64,000 nucleotides of DNA from Octopus vulgaris (lineage: Eukaryota). Each line of letters begins with the position of its first letter. The stretch's first letter is position 1. The notes below the pieces were generated by a model. That model searched no databases, was not told the DNA's origin, and saw only the letters and a list, made by a program, of their open reading frames with translations. The position numbers and the translations under genes are program-made. The stretch covers positions 57,660,001-57,724,000 of the forward strand of contig OX597820.1 in the NCBI GenBank assembly GCA_951406725.2, read 5' to 3'. Of this stretch, positions 13,832 through 26,494 are shown piece after piece.

Positions 13832-14200
13832 CACTACCGTCAGAAATTAATTAGCACCCTTGATTTGCTCTTCACTCAAGGTATGTGCTGTCACCTAGTG
13901 GCCATATCTCGAACTATTGCTTTGTTGCGAGTTCACTGTTGCGCAGAACGATGACGTAACTTTGTTTGCAGAGCAGTTTGAGAGTCTACAGCCTTATGAT
14001 GTTGACATAGCAGTGCAACAACTTGGAGTGACAAATCTTCCTTTGTTTAATAGATATAGGTAGCGCCTCGCAAGGACCGAAATCCCACCATACTAAGTTT
14101 TCTCATCGCGTAAGACGTTTTGAACAGCTCATAAGGTTAATTGATTTAACCTATTTAATGTAGAAATTTGAGAAGTGCTAATTAATTTCTGACGCAAGTG
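13832..14200. mobile_element. Tc1-like MITE (369 bp), TA target duplication
   Basis: TIRs cactaccgtcagaaattaattagcac / gtgctaattaatttctgacgcaagtg (24/26 match), flanked by TA on both sides. Confidence 0.9.
13886..13904 (-). promoter_or_regulatory. Putative CTCF-binding motif inside the MITE
   Basis: Minus strand reads TGGCCACTAGGTGACAGCA, close to the bilaterian CTCF consensus; motif match only. Confidence 0.45.
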
Positions 14201-14482
14201 TATGCGAGTGTGAGTGCTTGCCAGTGCAAATATGGTTTCAACTTCGTCATTTTCGTTTCGTTATCATACATCATAGTCGTTTTTTTTTTTTGCTGAGATG
14301 ACACAATGTCTCTTAAGAAATAAATGTTGATGCCGAATTGCTTTTCGTGAAGTTGATCAAATTCTTGTTAATTTTCAGTTGCGTAATTTTCAATTAGGTG
14401 ACAGTCTCAAATACAAAAATATAAAAAAAAAGAAAAACGTAAAAAAAAATACAGAATAGTTTGAACAATATTCCTTTTCTCT

Positions 14483-15545
14483 AAGGCGGCGAGCTGGTGG
14501 TAGAATCGTTAGCAGGTCGGGGCGAAATGCTTAGCGGTATTTCGTCTGTCTTTACGTTCTGTGTTCAAATTCCAGAGCGGTCGACTTTGCCTTTCATCCT
14601 TTCGGGGTCGATCAATTAAGCACCAGTTATACACTGGGGTTGATCTAATCGACTTAATCCCTTCGTCTGTCCTTGTTTGTCCCCTCTGTGTGTAGCCCCT
14701 TGTGGGCAGTAAAGAAATAGGTATTTCCTCTGCCACTACGTTTTGAGTTTCAGATTCCGCCGAGGTCGACTTTGCCTTTCATCCTTTCGGGGTCGATTAA
14801 ATAAGTACTAGTTACACACTGGGGTCGATATAATCGACTTAATCCGTTTGTCTGTTCTTGTTTGTCCCCTCTGTGTGTAGCCCCTTGTGGGTAGTAAAGA
14901 AATAAGAAACGTTAGCACGCCGGACGAAATACTTAGCAGTATTTCGGTTGCCGTTACGTTCTGAATTCAAATTCCGCCGCGGTCGGGGTGAAATGCTTAG
15001 CGGTATTTCGTCTGTCTTTACGTTCTGTGTTCAAATTCCAGCGCGGTCGTCTTTGCCTTTAATCCTTCGGCGGTCGATAAATTAAGTACCAGTTACGCAC
15101 TGGGGTCGATGTAATTGACTTAATCCCTTTGTCTGTCCTTGTTTGTCCCCTCTATGTTTAGCCCCTTGTGGGTAATAAAGAAATAAGAAACGTTAGCATG
15201 CCGGACGAAATGCTTAGCGGTATTTCGTCAGTTTTTAAGTTCTAAGTTCAAATTCCCCCGCGATCGACTCTGCCTTTCATTCTTTCGGGGTTAATAAATT
15301 AAGTACCAGTTATGTACTGCGGTCAATCTAATCGACTGGCTCCCTCCTCCAAAATTTCGGGTCTTGTGCCTAGAGTAGAAAAGAAAGAATATTTCTTTTC
15401 TCTTAAGGCGGCGAGCTGGCAGAAACGTTAGCACGCCGGGGGAAATGCTTAGCGGCATTTCGTCTGTCTTAACGTTCTTTGTTCAAATTCCGCTGCGGTC
15501 GACTCTGCCTTTCATTCTTTCAGGATCGATAAATTAAATACCAGT
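14483..15545 (+). mobile_element. Head-to-tail array of Meta-domain SINE B (about 5-6 units)
   Basis: Repeated ..gttcaaattcc..gtcgactttgcctttcatcctttcggggtcga.. cores joined via the tail gccccttgtggg..aaagaaata. Confidence 0.92.
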
Positions 15546-15749
15546 CGACTAATGAATCGAATGTCTTATAAACTCACATTCATTGTAAAAGAGAAGCTGT
15601 GACGAAACAAGAGCAATTACAAATCCCACTAGAACTTATCAAGAATAAATATGAAAATCATCCTTTTAATTCTCGCTGTTCATTCGGCAGATATTAGTAT
15701 GGACCAGCGAGCAATTTGTTTGCTGAAGCTATAAAAAGAGCATCAGCCC

Positions 15750-16411
15750 TTGCTTTGCTTGTACTTGCTTGTGACGGCGTTCACCCAGTGCAGGTTGAGC
15801 CGGCTTCTTCTCTGGTCCTAACGGCATCACGAACCATGGCGGCCCACTCTCGACGGTCCCGTGCGAGGTCACTGGAGATAGCGAGCCATTCGCGGTTCCA
15901 TCTGCGCAGACCGACTACCTGCGGACCTGATAGTCCGACCAACTGTGGACCTGATAGTCCGACCACCTGTGGACCTGATAGTCCGAAGAAGTCCTCCTTT
16001 ATCGTCGTTGTCCAGGTCTTCAGCTGCCCGCCTGTGCCTTTGCGCCAGCTGGGAAGTGGAGGTGGGAGGAGGACATCGCGAATCAGCTCAAACTCCGGAC
16101 GCCGGGCCGCATGACCGAACCACCTTAAGCGCCAAAGCGGGGAGTGGAGATTCATGCGATGACGAAGACCAGCTGTGGGAACCCAATCAATGCGTTGGCA
16201 GCGAAGAATGCGGCGGAGACAATCATTGTCGAACACCTCCAGCCCTCGCTGATCGGCTACCCCCATAGGGCATGTTTCGCAACCATAGAGGAGGATAGTA
16301 CGAACGACGGCCTGGTAGGTTCTGCTCTTGCTAGATTCGTTAGTCCAGGGGTGCTTTTGGCTGATGGGACACAACGAAGTCGAAACACTGGATGTCCCAG
16401 AGTCCCTTGTG
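15750..16411 (-). mobile_element. 5'-truncated RTE-clade LINE (RT C-terminal ORF 15781-16374 plus CAAG-type tail)
   Basis: YQAVVRTILLYGCET..LEVFDNDCLRRIL..RLRWFGHAARRP..GGQLKTW..DLARDRREW; short 3'UTR then caagcaagtacaagcaaagcaag repeat tail. Confidence 0.92.
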
Positions 16412-16734
16412 CTAATGAATCGAATGTGTTATGAACACATATTCCTCGCAAATGAGAAGCTGTTCACCTCTGACGAAACATGGCAGCGATTGGCATATTT
16501 ATGTTCGAATCCTATGGAACGTATGAATAAATTTGCAACTCGTCGTTTTTATTCGCGTTGTTTCCCGTTGCATACGAGGATTTATTAGAGACAACTGGGT
16601 CTCCTCTTTCTCTCTACTCAACTGTCTAGCTCAGAACTGTTTTCTGAATTCTGTTAATCCAGTGAATGCTTAGATTCGTTCTAAGACATTGAAATAAAGT
16701 AAAATAAGTCCTTTGGACATTACTGTCCCCGGTC

Positions 16735-16958
16735 TTAGGAATCACAAGGACAGGGACTTGGCTTCCATGACATATAAGAGACCGAGATCACAGCATTCCC
16801 TCTGAACGAAATGTCAGTCTCTCGTAGGGTTTCCCATTTACAACTAAGTGAACTGGAACATTGTGAAAGGGAGTGTTTTACGCTGCTCGTTCCAGAAAAC
16901 GAAGCTACGATCTTGCGATCATGCGTGCAATACTCTGACCACCAAGCCACGCGCCTTC
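16735..16958 (-). mobile_element. SINE family C-related copy
   Basis: Reverse complement of gaaggcgcgtggcttggtggtcagagtattgcacgcatgatcgcaagatcg tRNA-like head. Confidence 0.7.
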
Positions 16959-17281
16959 ACAAAAAATTCAGGGCTCAGGTGTAATTGCCAAATCAACATA
17001 CATAGCAAGGAGAGGAACTTCCGATGAGATGCTTGTTACATTTATATCCGCTAGAGTTTATCTAGTCATAAATACTCAAGTACTTTTTCTGCGGTTCATT
17101 TTCTCGATAAGACATTTATTTCTATATAAAGATTATATTATACATGATATAAAGATTAAAATGTGTTTCTGTATTGAATCTTTTGTAATTTATATTCACG
17201 CCGAAAGGGTAGTTTTTCGTTAGAGAAATTAACGTACTGAATTTGAAATCAAATAAATATAACAATACTAAAAATTACTCG

Positions 17282-17435
17282 TATGTATGTATGTATGTAA
17301 GTATGTATGTATGTATGTATGTATGTATGTATGTATGTATGTATGTATGTATGTATGTATGTATGTATGTATGCATGTGTGTGTATGTGTGTGTGAGTAA
17401 ACGCATGTATGTGTGTGTATATATATATATATACA

Positions 17436-17473
<38 letters not shown>

Positions 17474-17542
17474 CATACATACATACATACATACATGACT
17501 ACATGCCATATATATATACGTGTGTGTATGTGTATATAAATG

Positions 17543-17619
<77 letters not shown>

Positions 17620-17642
17620 GTGTGTGTATGTGTATGTAATTG

Positions 17643-17683
<41 letters not shown>

Positions 17684-17694
17684 TTGTATATATA

Positions 17695-17730
<36 letters not shown>

Positions 17731-17845
17731 TGTAGGTATGTATGTATATATATATATACACACACATATATATGTATATATATACATATGTGTGTATGTG
17801 TTTACGTGTGTGTGTGTATATATATGTATGTATGTATGTATGTAT
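17282..17845. repeat. Compound (TATG)n/(TA)n/(TG)n microsatellite
   Basis: Directly visible. Confidence 0.95.
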
Positions 17846-18284
17846 TTAGAGAAAGAGAGACAAAATAAGGGAAAGGGAGCGAGAGAGGGAGGGGGGAGGT
17901 GTATAACAAGCAGATTGACAAGCATGTATGAGATCTCATTCACAATGTATTGCATAAATTATCTAACACACGCACAGCCCGCAAAAGTACTTAGGCGCAA
18001 AGAAAATCCGCACCTGTTGCTCGCTGTATTTTTCATAAAGAACACTCAGGTGCTTGATAATACTCTCCCCCCCCTCTCTTTCTGTTTGTTGTCTGTGTGT
18101 GTAACAAACGGAAGAAGACACTATTAATCCATTAAGAAGGTGGAAGTAATCGAAGCTAGTCGTGCTGTTTGGGGGGTTTGTCGGGTGAAGAAAAAGCTTT
18201 GTGGTTTATTTAACTATGGAATCTGTTTATATTGCCAAGCTACGTCTACAATTTAATAAACATGCATATGTCAATTTATTTCAT

Positions 18285-18579
<295 letters not shown>

Positions 18580-18582
<3 letters not shown>

Positions 18583-18882
18583 TGGTAAGAAGCTTGCTTT
18601 CAAGCACAAAGTACCGAATTCAGACCCACTGTATGACACCTTGTGCCCATGTCTTCTACTATAGATTCGGGCCATCCAAAGCCTTGTGTGTAGATTTGGT
18701 AGATGGAAACTGAAAGAATCCTGTCGTATGTATTCGTGTGTGTGTTTGGCCCCGCCACCACCGTTTGACAACCGGTGTTGTTGTGTCTATGTCCTCGTAA
18801 CTTAGTGGTTCGGCAAAAGATATCAATAGAATAAGTATTAGGCTTTAAAATGAAAAAAACGTTCTGGGGTCGATTCATTTGG
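18580..18882 (+). mobile_element. SINE family A, 3' truncated
   Basis: Family A head and centre; ends abruptly at the 430-bp repeat. Confidence 0.85.
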
Positions 18883-18883
18883 C

Positions 18884-19532
18884 AAAAAAAGACGAAACTG
18901 CAGTATAAGATGAGCCGAGTTTGTAAACGTTTTTGATTTTCATTTCATTGAATTTATCCACATTTTGTGTATCTAGTACTTGCTTCTTCTTTTAGAGGAC
19001 CTTTAATGTACTTATATATGAATAACATATAGCCTAATGGCTAATTTGTCTTTTGTGCTAGATCACCGGTAATAATAATTTATTTTATTACCTTTTTACT
19101 ATGTTTACATATTACTCGATAAATTTGATCGTAGACCCTATACCAGAACCGTCTCTGTTTGTCGGGTATGTTTTGCGTCTGCGCAATGGTCTGAAAAGTT
19201 AGAGAATGCAAGTCGGTAGAACCGCACATGCTTCTAACGATATGTACTTCTAGGATAACAAAGGCTGCTTACTGAAGAGTCTAGCCTTGGCAGATAAACT
19301 ATATTTTTCTGCTAAAAAAAGACGAAACTGCAGTATAAGATGAGCCGAGTTTGTAAACGTTTTTGATTTTCATTTCATTGAATTTATCCACTTTTTGTGT
19401 ATCTAGTACTTGCTTCTTCTTTTAGAGGCCCTTTAATGTACTTATATATGAATAACATATAGCCTAATGGCTAATTTGCCTTTTGTGCTAGATCACCGGT
19501 AATAATAATTTATTTTATTACCTTTTTACTAT
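18884..19532 (+). mobile_element. 1.5-copy tandem repeat (period 430 bp), Penelope pLTR/retrozyme-like, containing a hammerhead
   Basis: 18884-19102 repeated at 19314-19532 with about 3 substitutions; ends in (TA)n. Confidence 0.85.
19263..19346 (+). ncRNA. Minimal type I hammerhead ribozyme
   Basis: Stem I ggct-g-ctta / taag-atg-agcc; core CTGAAGA; stem II gtct..ttggcaga/tctgctaa..agac; GAAA; stem III C-[TGCA]-G; cleavage triplet GUA at 19333-19335. Confidence 0.85.
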
Positions 19533-19539
19533 ATATATA

Positions 19540-20089
19540 TTTCCTGGCCTTCGGTTCATGCTCACATTCCCTCTTTCCCTTCACTCTGTCCCTTTCATTG
19601 TCTTCTCGCCCCTCCTTAATTCTTCTATCCTTCTGCCTCTACCTCTCTCTCTTCCCTCCTCACGTGACCGACGTTCGGCCAAGCCTGACCTTTCTTGGTT
19701 CGACTACCATCCATGCAACATCTATATTCCTCCCTGCGCCTGTCAAATATTATGTCCCTGTCGTAAAGCTTTACTTCCACATACGCCAGCTTAATTTAAT
19801 TCGTCCTTAGTCGAAAGATACCCGTTGTTATGTCCTATTATTTGTATTTGTGTACCCTTTCTCGTTTTTTTTTACTGTCCTTCTTTTCGTATACATTTGC
19901 TGCTTTCTTCTAAGGAATCTAGTTATCTTAACTCAGTTTTCCCTTGGGGCTGGCCAAATTGGAGCAATCTCGAGTATAACCAGCCGAAATTGCAAAGATA
20001 ATCTGGCACTCGACTGAGGAAAGAAAACTCCGAATGACCCGTCCTTGTTTTCTTTGTATCGTCTGTCTGGATGTTTTGCGTTCTTGTCC

Positions 20090-20090
<1 letters not shown>
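19540..20090 (+). mobile_element. Non-coding repeat flanked by (TA)n, probable Penelope-like terminal region
   Basis: Related to 21785-22390 on the opposite strand (tcacgtga box, cttgg..ggctggcc..cagccgaaatt, cgttcttgtcc); classification inferred. Confidence 0.55.
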
Positions 20091-20125
<35 letters not shown>

Positions 20126-20212
20126 AATGTATAAAATTATAAAATTTATAAATTTATAAATTTAACAGAGTTAGCACTAGAGTTATCCATAGTGGATAAC
20201 TCTCTAATAATT

Positions 20213-20332
<120 letters not shown>

Positions 20333-20465
20333 AACGCGTACACACAAACACATAAACACACATATATTTAGATGGTTATGTTCATTATTTCGTCGGGTCT
20401 CCACTTTAGAAGGATAGTTGATTTTCCATCTAATGTGACTCCACTCAGAAAGGCCGTTATATTAT

Positions 20466-21060
20466 TGGTAGTAGGAACCCGGTAATGAAATACATAGAAC
20501 AAATTGATGACTTTAAATACGTTTATTGTGATCACACGTATATGCACAAGCTGAACGGAAGTGGTTGATGTACATTTATTCATATATCTACATACCTCTG
20601 CGTGGGTAGTATGTTAGCTGTTAACCCTGGTGAGGAAAGCTCGCGAACAGCGATATGTTAGAACAATTACAATTTGTTGGTGCTTTGTAGATGTTGACGA
20701 CGTTGGTGAGAGACATCATGGTGGCGACGAAGATGGAGGTCGCTTTAATGTGGACAGTGGTTAGACCTTAGAAAGTCTGGAACCAACTGACGTTCAGACT
20801 AGTTGGAGGTGAGCTTTTATAGCTGACGAGTGGGCTCAAATGCAGTTTAGAAAAAGACTGTGTCACGTGACCTATTTGAAGTCTGTGATTGGTTGGGTTG
20901 CGTATTGGCGCGCGATAGAGTAAGAGACAAATTGCACCAACACCAAGCAATCAGAGTGGTAGACACAGCGTAGTCCAAAACAGCGCTCAAAGGTTTACTG
21001 TTACCGCCTACGTTCGTATGTATTTAACATAAGAGAGGAAGCGCACTAGAGTTCGCTACA
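20466..21060 (-). mobile_element. Possible solo LTR
   Basis: Ends tggtag...ctaca (TG..CA), minus-strand ctataaaag TATA box and downstream aataaa, about 600 bp, higher GC; TSD unclear. Confidence 0.4.
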
Positions 21061-21071
21061 TATATATATTC

Positions 21072-21271
21072 TTTATATTCTTTTCTTGTTTCAGTTATTT
21101 GACTGCAGCCATGCTGGAGCATCGCCTTTGGTCGAGCAAATGCTCCCCAGGACTTATTCTTTATAAGCCTAGTACTTATTCTATCGCTCTTTTTTTGGCG
21201 AACCGCTAAGATACGGGGACGTGAACACACCAGCATCGGTTGTCAAACGATGTTAGGCACACACACACACA

Positions 21272-21306
<35 letters not shown>

Positions 21307-21460
21307 GATGGGCGTCTTTCAGTTTCCGTCTACCAAATCTATTCGCAAGGCTTTGGTCGGCTCGAGGCTATAGCAGAAGATATTTGCCCAAGATGCTACG
21401 CAGTGGGACTGAACCCGGAACCTTGTGGTTGGCAAGTAAACTACTTACCACACAGCCACA
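21072..21460 (-). mobile_element. SINE family A
   Basis: Full reverse-complement copy. Confidence 0.88.
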
Positions 21461-21528
21461 TATATGCATACACACATGCGTTTATTTATTTATTCGCAAT
21501 ACTATATACAGTCATATATATGTGTGTG

Positions 21529-21591
<63 letters not shown>

Positions 21592-21707
21592 GACGGTGTC
21601 GGGCCTATCTGGTGACGTCGATGTTCGCCTGGGGCTAAATGCAACAGTAACACCCCCACCACCCTGCCCTGTCCCTAGCCATATTCAGATGGCTTTAGTC
21701 CCTTATG

Positions 21708-21784
<77 letters not shown>

Positions 21785-21786
<2 letters not shown>

Positions 21787-22390
21787 GGTATGTAGAAAAA
21801 TACAACATGGACAAGAACGTATAACTCTTAGAAGACGATACAATAAACACGGACAGGACATTCGAAACCCTCAGTCTTCATCAAGAACCGGATCATCGTA
21901 GTAATTTCGGCTGATTAATCTTGAGATTACTAGATCACGGCCAGCCCTCCAAGAAAAACTAAGCAACGGGCATTAGAAAAACTAAGCTGGAAGCGTAGAT
22001 TTCCTGGAAGAAGGATCGAATGCATACGAACACCAGGACAGCAAAAGGGACAGATATAAAAAAACAAAAAACAATAATGGAATACAGAAACATGAAATAC
22101 AGAAGCATTAACGGTGAAAACAACAGTGTCTTACGACTGATAACAAGCAAACAAATTTTTTCTCTGGCGCAATGGAAAAAGCCTTTATAGCGGCGGACGA
22201 AAACAGCGATGTTAACACGACGAGGGTCAGGAGCTGAAAGGCAGATTTCGGCCAACAGTCACGTGACAGAGAAGAGGGAAAAGAAAAGAAAGAGAAGCAA
22301 AGGAAGAGAGAGAGAGAGGAGGGACAAACGCAACAAAGAGAGAGAGAGAGAAAGAAGGAATCAGAGAGGAGAAGGGATGGGTGTCGAAGA
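21785..22390 (-). mobile_element. Second copy/relative of the (TA)n-flanked Penelope-like terminal repeat
   Basis: Reverse-complement similarity to 19540-20090. Confidence 0.55.
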
Positions 22391-23199
22391 ATGACCTGTG
22401 AGTGCAGAGCGAGACAAAGAAATAGGAGGGTAGTGGAAGACTAGACCAAAGAATCAGAGGAAAGAGAAGAGAAAAAGAGGATGAGTGGAGAGAAAAGAGA
22501 GAGAGGTGGACAGATACATATATATATATGTTCACAGTACTTTATATACAATCATATATATGTGTCTATTTGTATATACATATATATGGACGTGTGCATA
22601 CTCACACAAATACACACACATATACTCACACAGATATACACACACACACACACACAACATACAATGCAAACACTCGTATAAATTACAATGCGCTATAGAT
22701 ATATGCCTTCAAATACCCCCGTTTCATTGGCTATTGAATATCTTATCTAGCTCCCCCTATCTTAATAGAGGTACACTCGAAGCGGACGGGTCTGAACGTG
22801 CCGTAGACGCCAAAATAACGAAGTGTCATTTTTGCGTCTTAACACTGGTTTATTGTCAGTTGCACGCCCTCTTACACACACACACACACGCTCGCACACG
22901 CGCACGCACACATTTTTAGTTGATCACATACATGTCTTTACGCATTGATATATCACTTCATGATCTTGCTATGATACCTATAGACGTCTAAGTAAAAACC
23001 ATCTCCCTCCTATTATAAAGGAATAAATAATCGGAGTCAAATTCGCAGTAATAAGGATATATGCTTATTTTTTAGTGTGTTTGTGTGTGTTTGAGTAAGT
23101 GTGAGTGGATATGTGTGTGTGTGTGTGATAGTGTGGTGAGAGAGAGAGAGCGTGTGTGTATGTGTCAGAGAGAGTGAGTCTATATGTATGTAAGTGTGC

Positions 23200-23235
<36 letters not shown>

Positions 23236-23430
23236 GTGTGTGTGAAATAGTGTGTGTGTGTGTGTGTACGTTTGTATGTGTATGTGTGTGAGGGAGTGTG
23301 TGCGTATGAGTCTGAGAATGCGTGAGTGAGATTGTATGTGAGTGTGTGAGAAAAAAGAGAGTGTGTGTGTATGTGCTTGAGTGTGTGTGACAGACAGACA
23401 TACAGACATCCAGATAGATAGATAGATATG

Positions 23431-23640
23431 TTTCTTTATTAGCCACACAGGGCTGCACACAGATAGAACAAATTACAAGGTAGAGCTTTTCTTTTGAAGG
23501 TTAAAAAAAAAAAAGAAATATAACATGTGACTTCATTGACCGATTTACTGTGGTCTTTTCCGTAGGCTTTTCTTTCCACGGGTAAACCTCACCTGTCCTC
23601 CCCTTTACACTTCATATTGACATTTCTGTGATAACGATCC
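23431..23640 (-). mobile_element. LINE-like 3' end fragment (L1/Tx1-type inferred)
   Basis: Minus strand ends ..gcagccctgtgtggctaataaagaaa, similar to the SINE B tail gccccttgtgggtaataaagaaata. Confidence 0.45.
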
Positions 23641-24176
23641 CTATTGATCAATTTTTTCCTCTCCCCCTTTTTTTTACCCCCCCCCCTTTTTTTGTCCTCT
23701 TTCTCTCCTTTTAAGATAGATAGATAGATAGATAGATAGGCAGATAGGAAAACTGACATGAAAACAGCGAGTGAGAGGGGAAGGGAGAAAGAGAGGGAAG
23801 AAGAGAGAGAGAAAGACAGTGACATGCGTAGAAGAGGGCGAGCAAGTTGAATATGGCGTGCAAGTTGAAAACCAGTAAGTGCATCGTGGCCCAATGGGTA
23901 AGAAGTTAGCTTCGTAATGCCGACGTCATAGATTCGAATCCTTGGAAGGCATCTTGGGCAAATGTCCTTTTACTCTATATATAACCTCGAGTCGACCTAA
24001 GCTATATACGCAAAAGTGGACAGAAGCGCAATTGGATATATATATATATATATATATATGGAAGCCTAACAGATGGATTGGACCTTCAATTCAAAGATCC
24101 ACTTGGTTTTTTTAGTATTGCTCCCAACCAACCAATGCCTTGTGAGTGAATTTGAAAAACAGAAACTGTGTATAAG

Positions 24177-24693
24177 CACGAGCTGGCAGAAACGTTAGCA
24201 CGCTGGGCGAAATGCTTAGCGGCATTTCGTCTGCCGTTATGTTCTGAGTTCAAATTCCGCCGAGGTCGACTTTGCCTTTCATCCTTTCGGGGTCGATTAA
24301 ATAAGTACCAGTTACACACTGGGGTCGATATAATCGACTTAATCCGTGTGTCTGTCCTTGTTTGTCCTCTCTGTATTTAGCCCCTTGTGGGTAGTAAAGA
24401 AGTAGAAATAGGTATTTGATCAGCACTGGGGTCGATATATAGACTTGATCCGTCTGTCTGTCCTTGTTCGTCAACTCTGTATTTAGCCCCTTATGGGTAG
24501 TAAAGAAATAGGTATTTCGGCTGCCGTTACGTTGCGAGTTCAAATTCCTCCGAGGTCGACTTTGACTTTCATCCTTTCGCGGTCGATAAATTAAGTACCA
24601 GTTACGCACTGGGGTTGATGTAATCGACTTAATCTGTTTGTCTGTCCTTGTTTGTCCCCTCCATATTTAGCCCCTGTGGGCAATAAAGAAATA
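24177..24693 (+). mobile_element. Head-to-tail array of SINE B (3 tails)
   Basis: Junctions ..agaaata|ggtatt at 24411 and 24511; final tail followed by agaaac. Confidence 0.9.
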
Positions 24694-24704
24694 AGAAACC
24701 GTAT

Positions 24705-25040
24705 AAGTGGTTCTCAGTTGGGATCCATATAAGATTTTGGTGGGATCCACGCAGCAAACAGTAAATTAGGGATCAAAAGTAGTATTTTAAGGGCATCTGA
24801 AATAATTTTGTTTTAGATTTATGTATTGGTATGTATTGCAAGAAACAGCTAGGTTTCTTTCTCTAATATTTTACATTGTTCAACCTATACATGTTAATAC
24901 GTGAAAAACAAGATAGGAATTTTGAAAAAAAGTTTCTGTAAAACTAGTTTTTAAACATCGAATAGCTATGCGGATCCTCTAAGATAAAACTGTAATCAAA
25001 GAGGTTCATAGATAAAAAAAAAAATCGTTGAGAACCTCTG
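24705..25040 (+). mobile_element. hAT (Charlie/Buster-like) MITE
   Basis: Ends aagtggttctca..gttgagaacctctg; colinear with the outer element at 58075-59188 but lacking its insertion. Confidence 0.8.
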
Positions 25041-25046
25041 ATAGTC

Positions 25047-26230
25047 GGGGGAAGTAAAAATTATACGCAGTTTCACAAAAAGCCTTCTTTCGGTTGGCCG
25101 CATTGCCTTCAGCACTCGTGATTACGTAACCGAGGTCCCACCTAGTTTTCTGTCTTGTGTATCAGAGTAAACATAGCTACTCTGTTGGCAGTGTGTACCA
25201 AGGAAGAGCAGAGATCAGAGGTTCAATTTTTCTGGTCTGAGGCTACTATTTTTTCTTTCAGGGACTGGAATTCATCGCAGACTTTCAGTTCAATACGGAG
25301 ACGGCGCTCTACCCTGTGGAAGTGTGTATGAGTGGGTCGAAAACTTTAAAAATAACCGAACAAGCGTGAAGCACGAAGAGGGACATTGACGATCATGAAC
25401 CTCCACAACTGACGTAAAGATTCAGCAAGTTCAGGAGATGGTCTGGCGAATGGACGAGTGACCATCGATGAGGTGGTATGTTCTCTTCAAATTGATTATG
25501 GTTCTGCATGCGAAATCATTCACGGCAAGCTTCGTTTCGTAAAATCTTTACGAGATAAATACGAAAATAGTTTACCGAAGCGCACAAGCGCAATCGTGTG
25601 GAGATATGTCAACGCTTACTACACCGCTGTTACGATGAAAGCAAAGCTCTTTTCTTTTTCTTTTTTTGGGGGCCAATAGTCAGGGGAGAAGAGACCTGGA
25701 TACATCACTTTGAATCAGACTCCAAAGGCAGAGTATGGAGTACAAACACTCGGAATCGCAAGCGAATAAAAATTGAAGACTCCTCCATCTGCAGAAAAGT
25801 GATGCTAACCGTTTTATTTTTCTTAATATAAAAGGGGATATACCGGAACATTACCTGGAAAAGGGGTCTACAGTCACCAGTGTAGGTTATCGTGAAATGC
25901 TGGCCAACAAACTGAAACCAGCAATTCGCACCAAACGCCGTCTATTGTCAAAGTAAGTGTTATTTTGCACGACAATTCATGGCATTGAAAAACTGGGTTC
26001 CGAGTTACTGCATACAGTCCAAACCTCGCCCTTTCCGACTATTAACTCTTTCGACCGCACAAACATCCTTTAATTGGTCGTCGATTTGTCACGAACGAAG
26101 ATGAAGCGCGGGAAGCTGTGTGTAAGTTTTGTCCGGCCAACTGAAAACATTCTTCTCTGATGGAAAAAAGCAGACTTGTGGACTGCTGGAAGAAGAATGA
26201 CACGGAAAAGCAAGGGGGGAAATGATGCCT
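25047..26230 (+). pseudogene. Decayed mariner (DD34D-type) transposon
   Basis: CTKEEQRS..FFWSE, VYEWVENFK, IVRGEETWIHHFESDSK (~IVTGDETW), KVMLTV, LHDN, HSPNLALSDY (~YSPDLAPSD); many stops and frameshifts; TIR-like ggggaagtaaaaattatacgca at start. Confidence 0.88.
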
Positions 26231-26257
26231 TTGTTTTACAAACTTACAGAAACATTT

Positions 26258-26458
26258 TGGCTGTGTGGTAAGTAGCTTGCTTATCATCCACATGGTTCTA
26301 GGTTCAGTCCCATTGCGTGGCACCTTGTGCAAATGTCTTCTACTATAGCCTCGGGCCGACCAAAGCTTTATAAATGGATTTCGTAGACGGAAACTGAAAG
26401 AATCCTCTGTTATGTATGTATGTATGTATGTATGTATGTATGTATGTATGTATATCTA

Positions 26459-26494
<36 letters not shown>

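Noticed and set aside
17900-18260. Unique segment with E-boxes and Sox/POU-like words, possible enhancer
   Set aside because: Short motifs are expected by chance; no conservation data available
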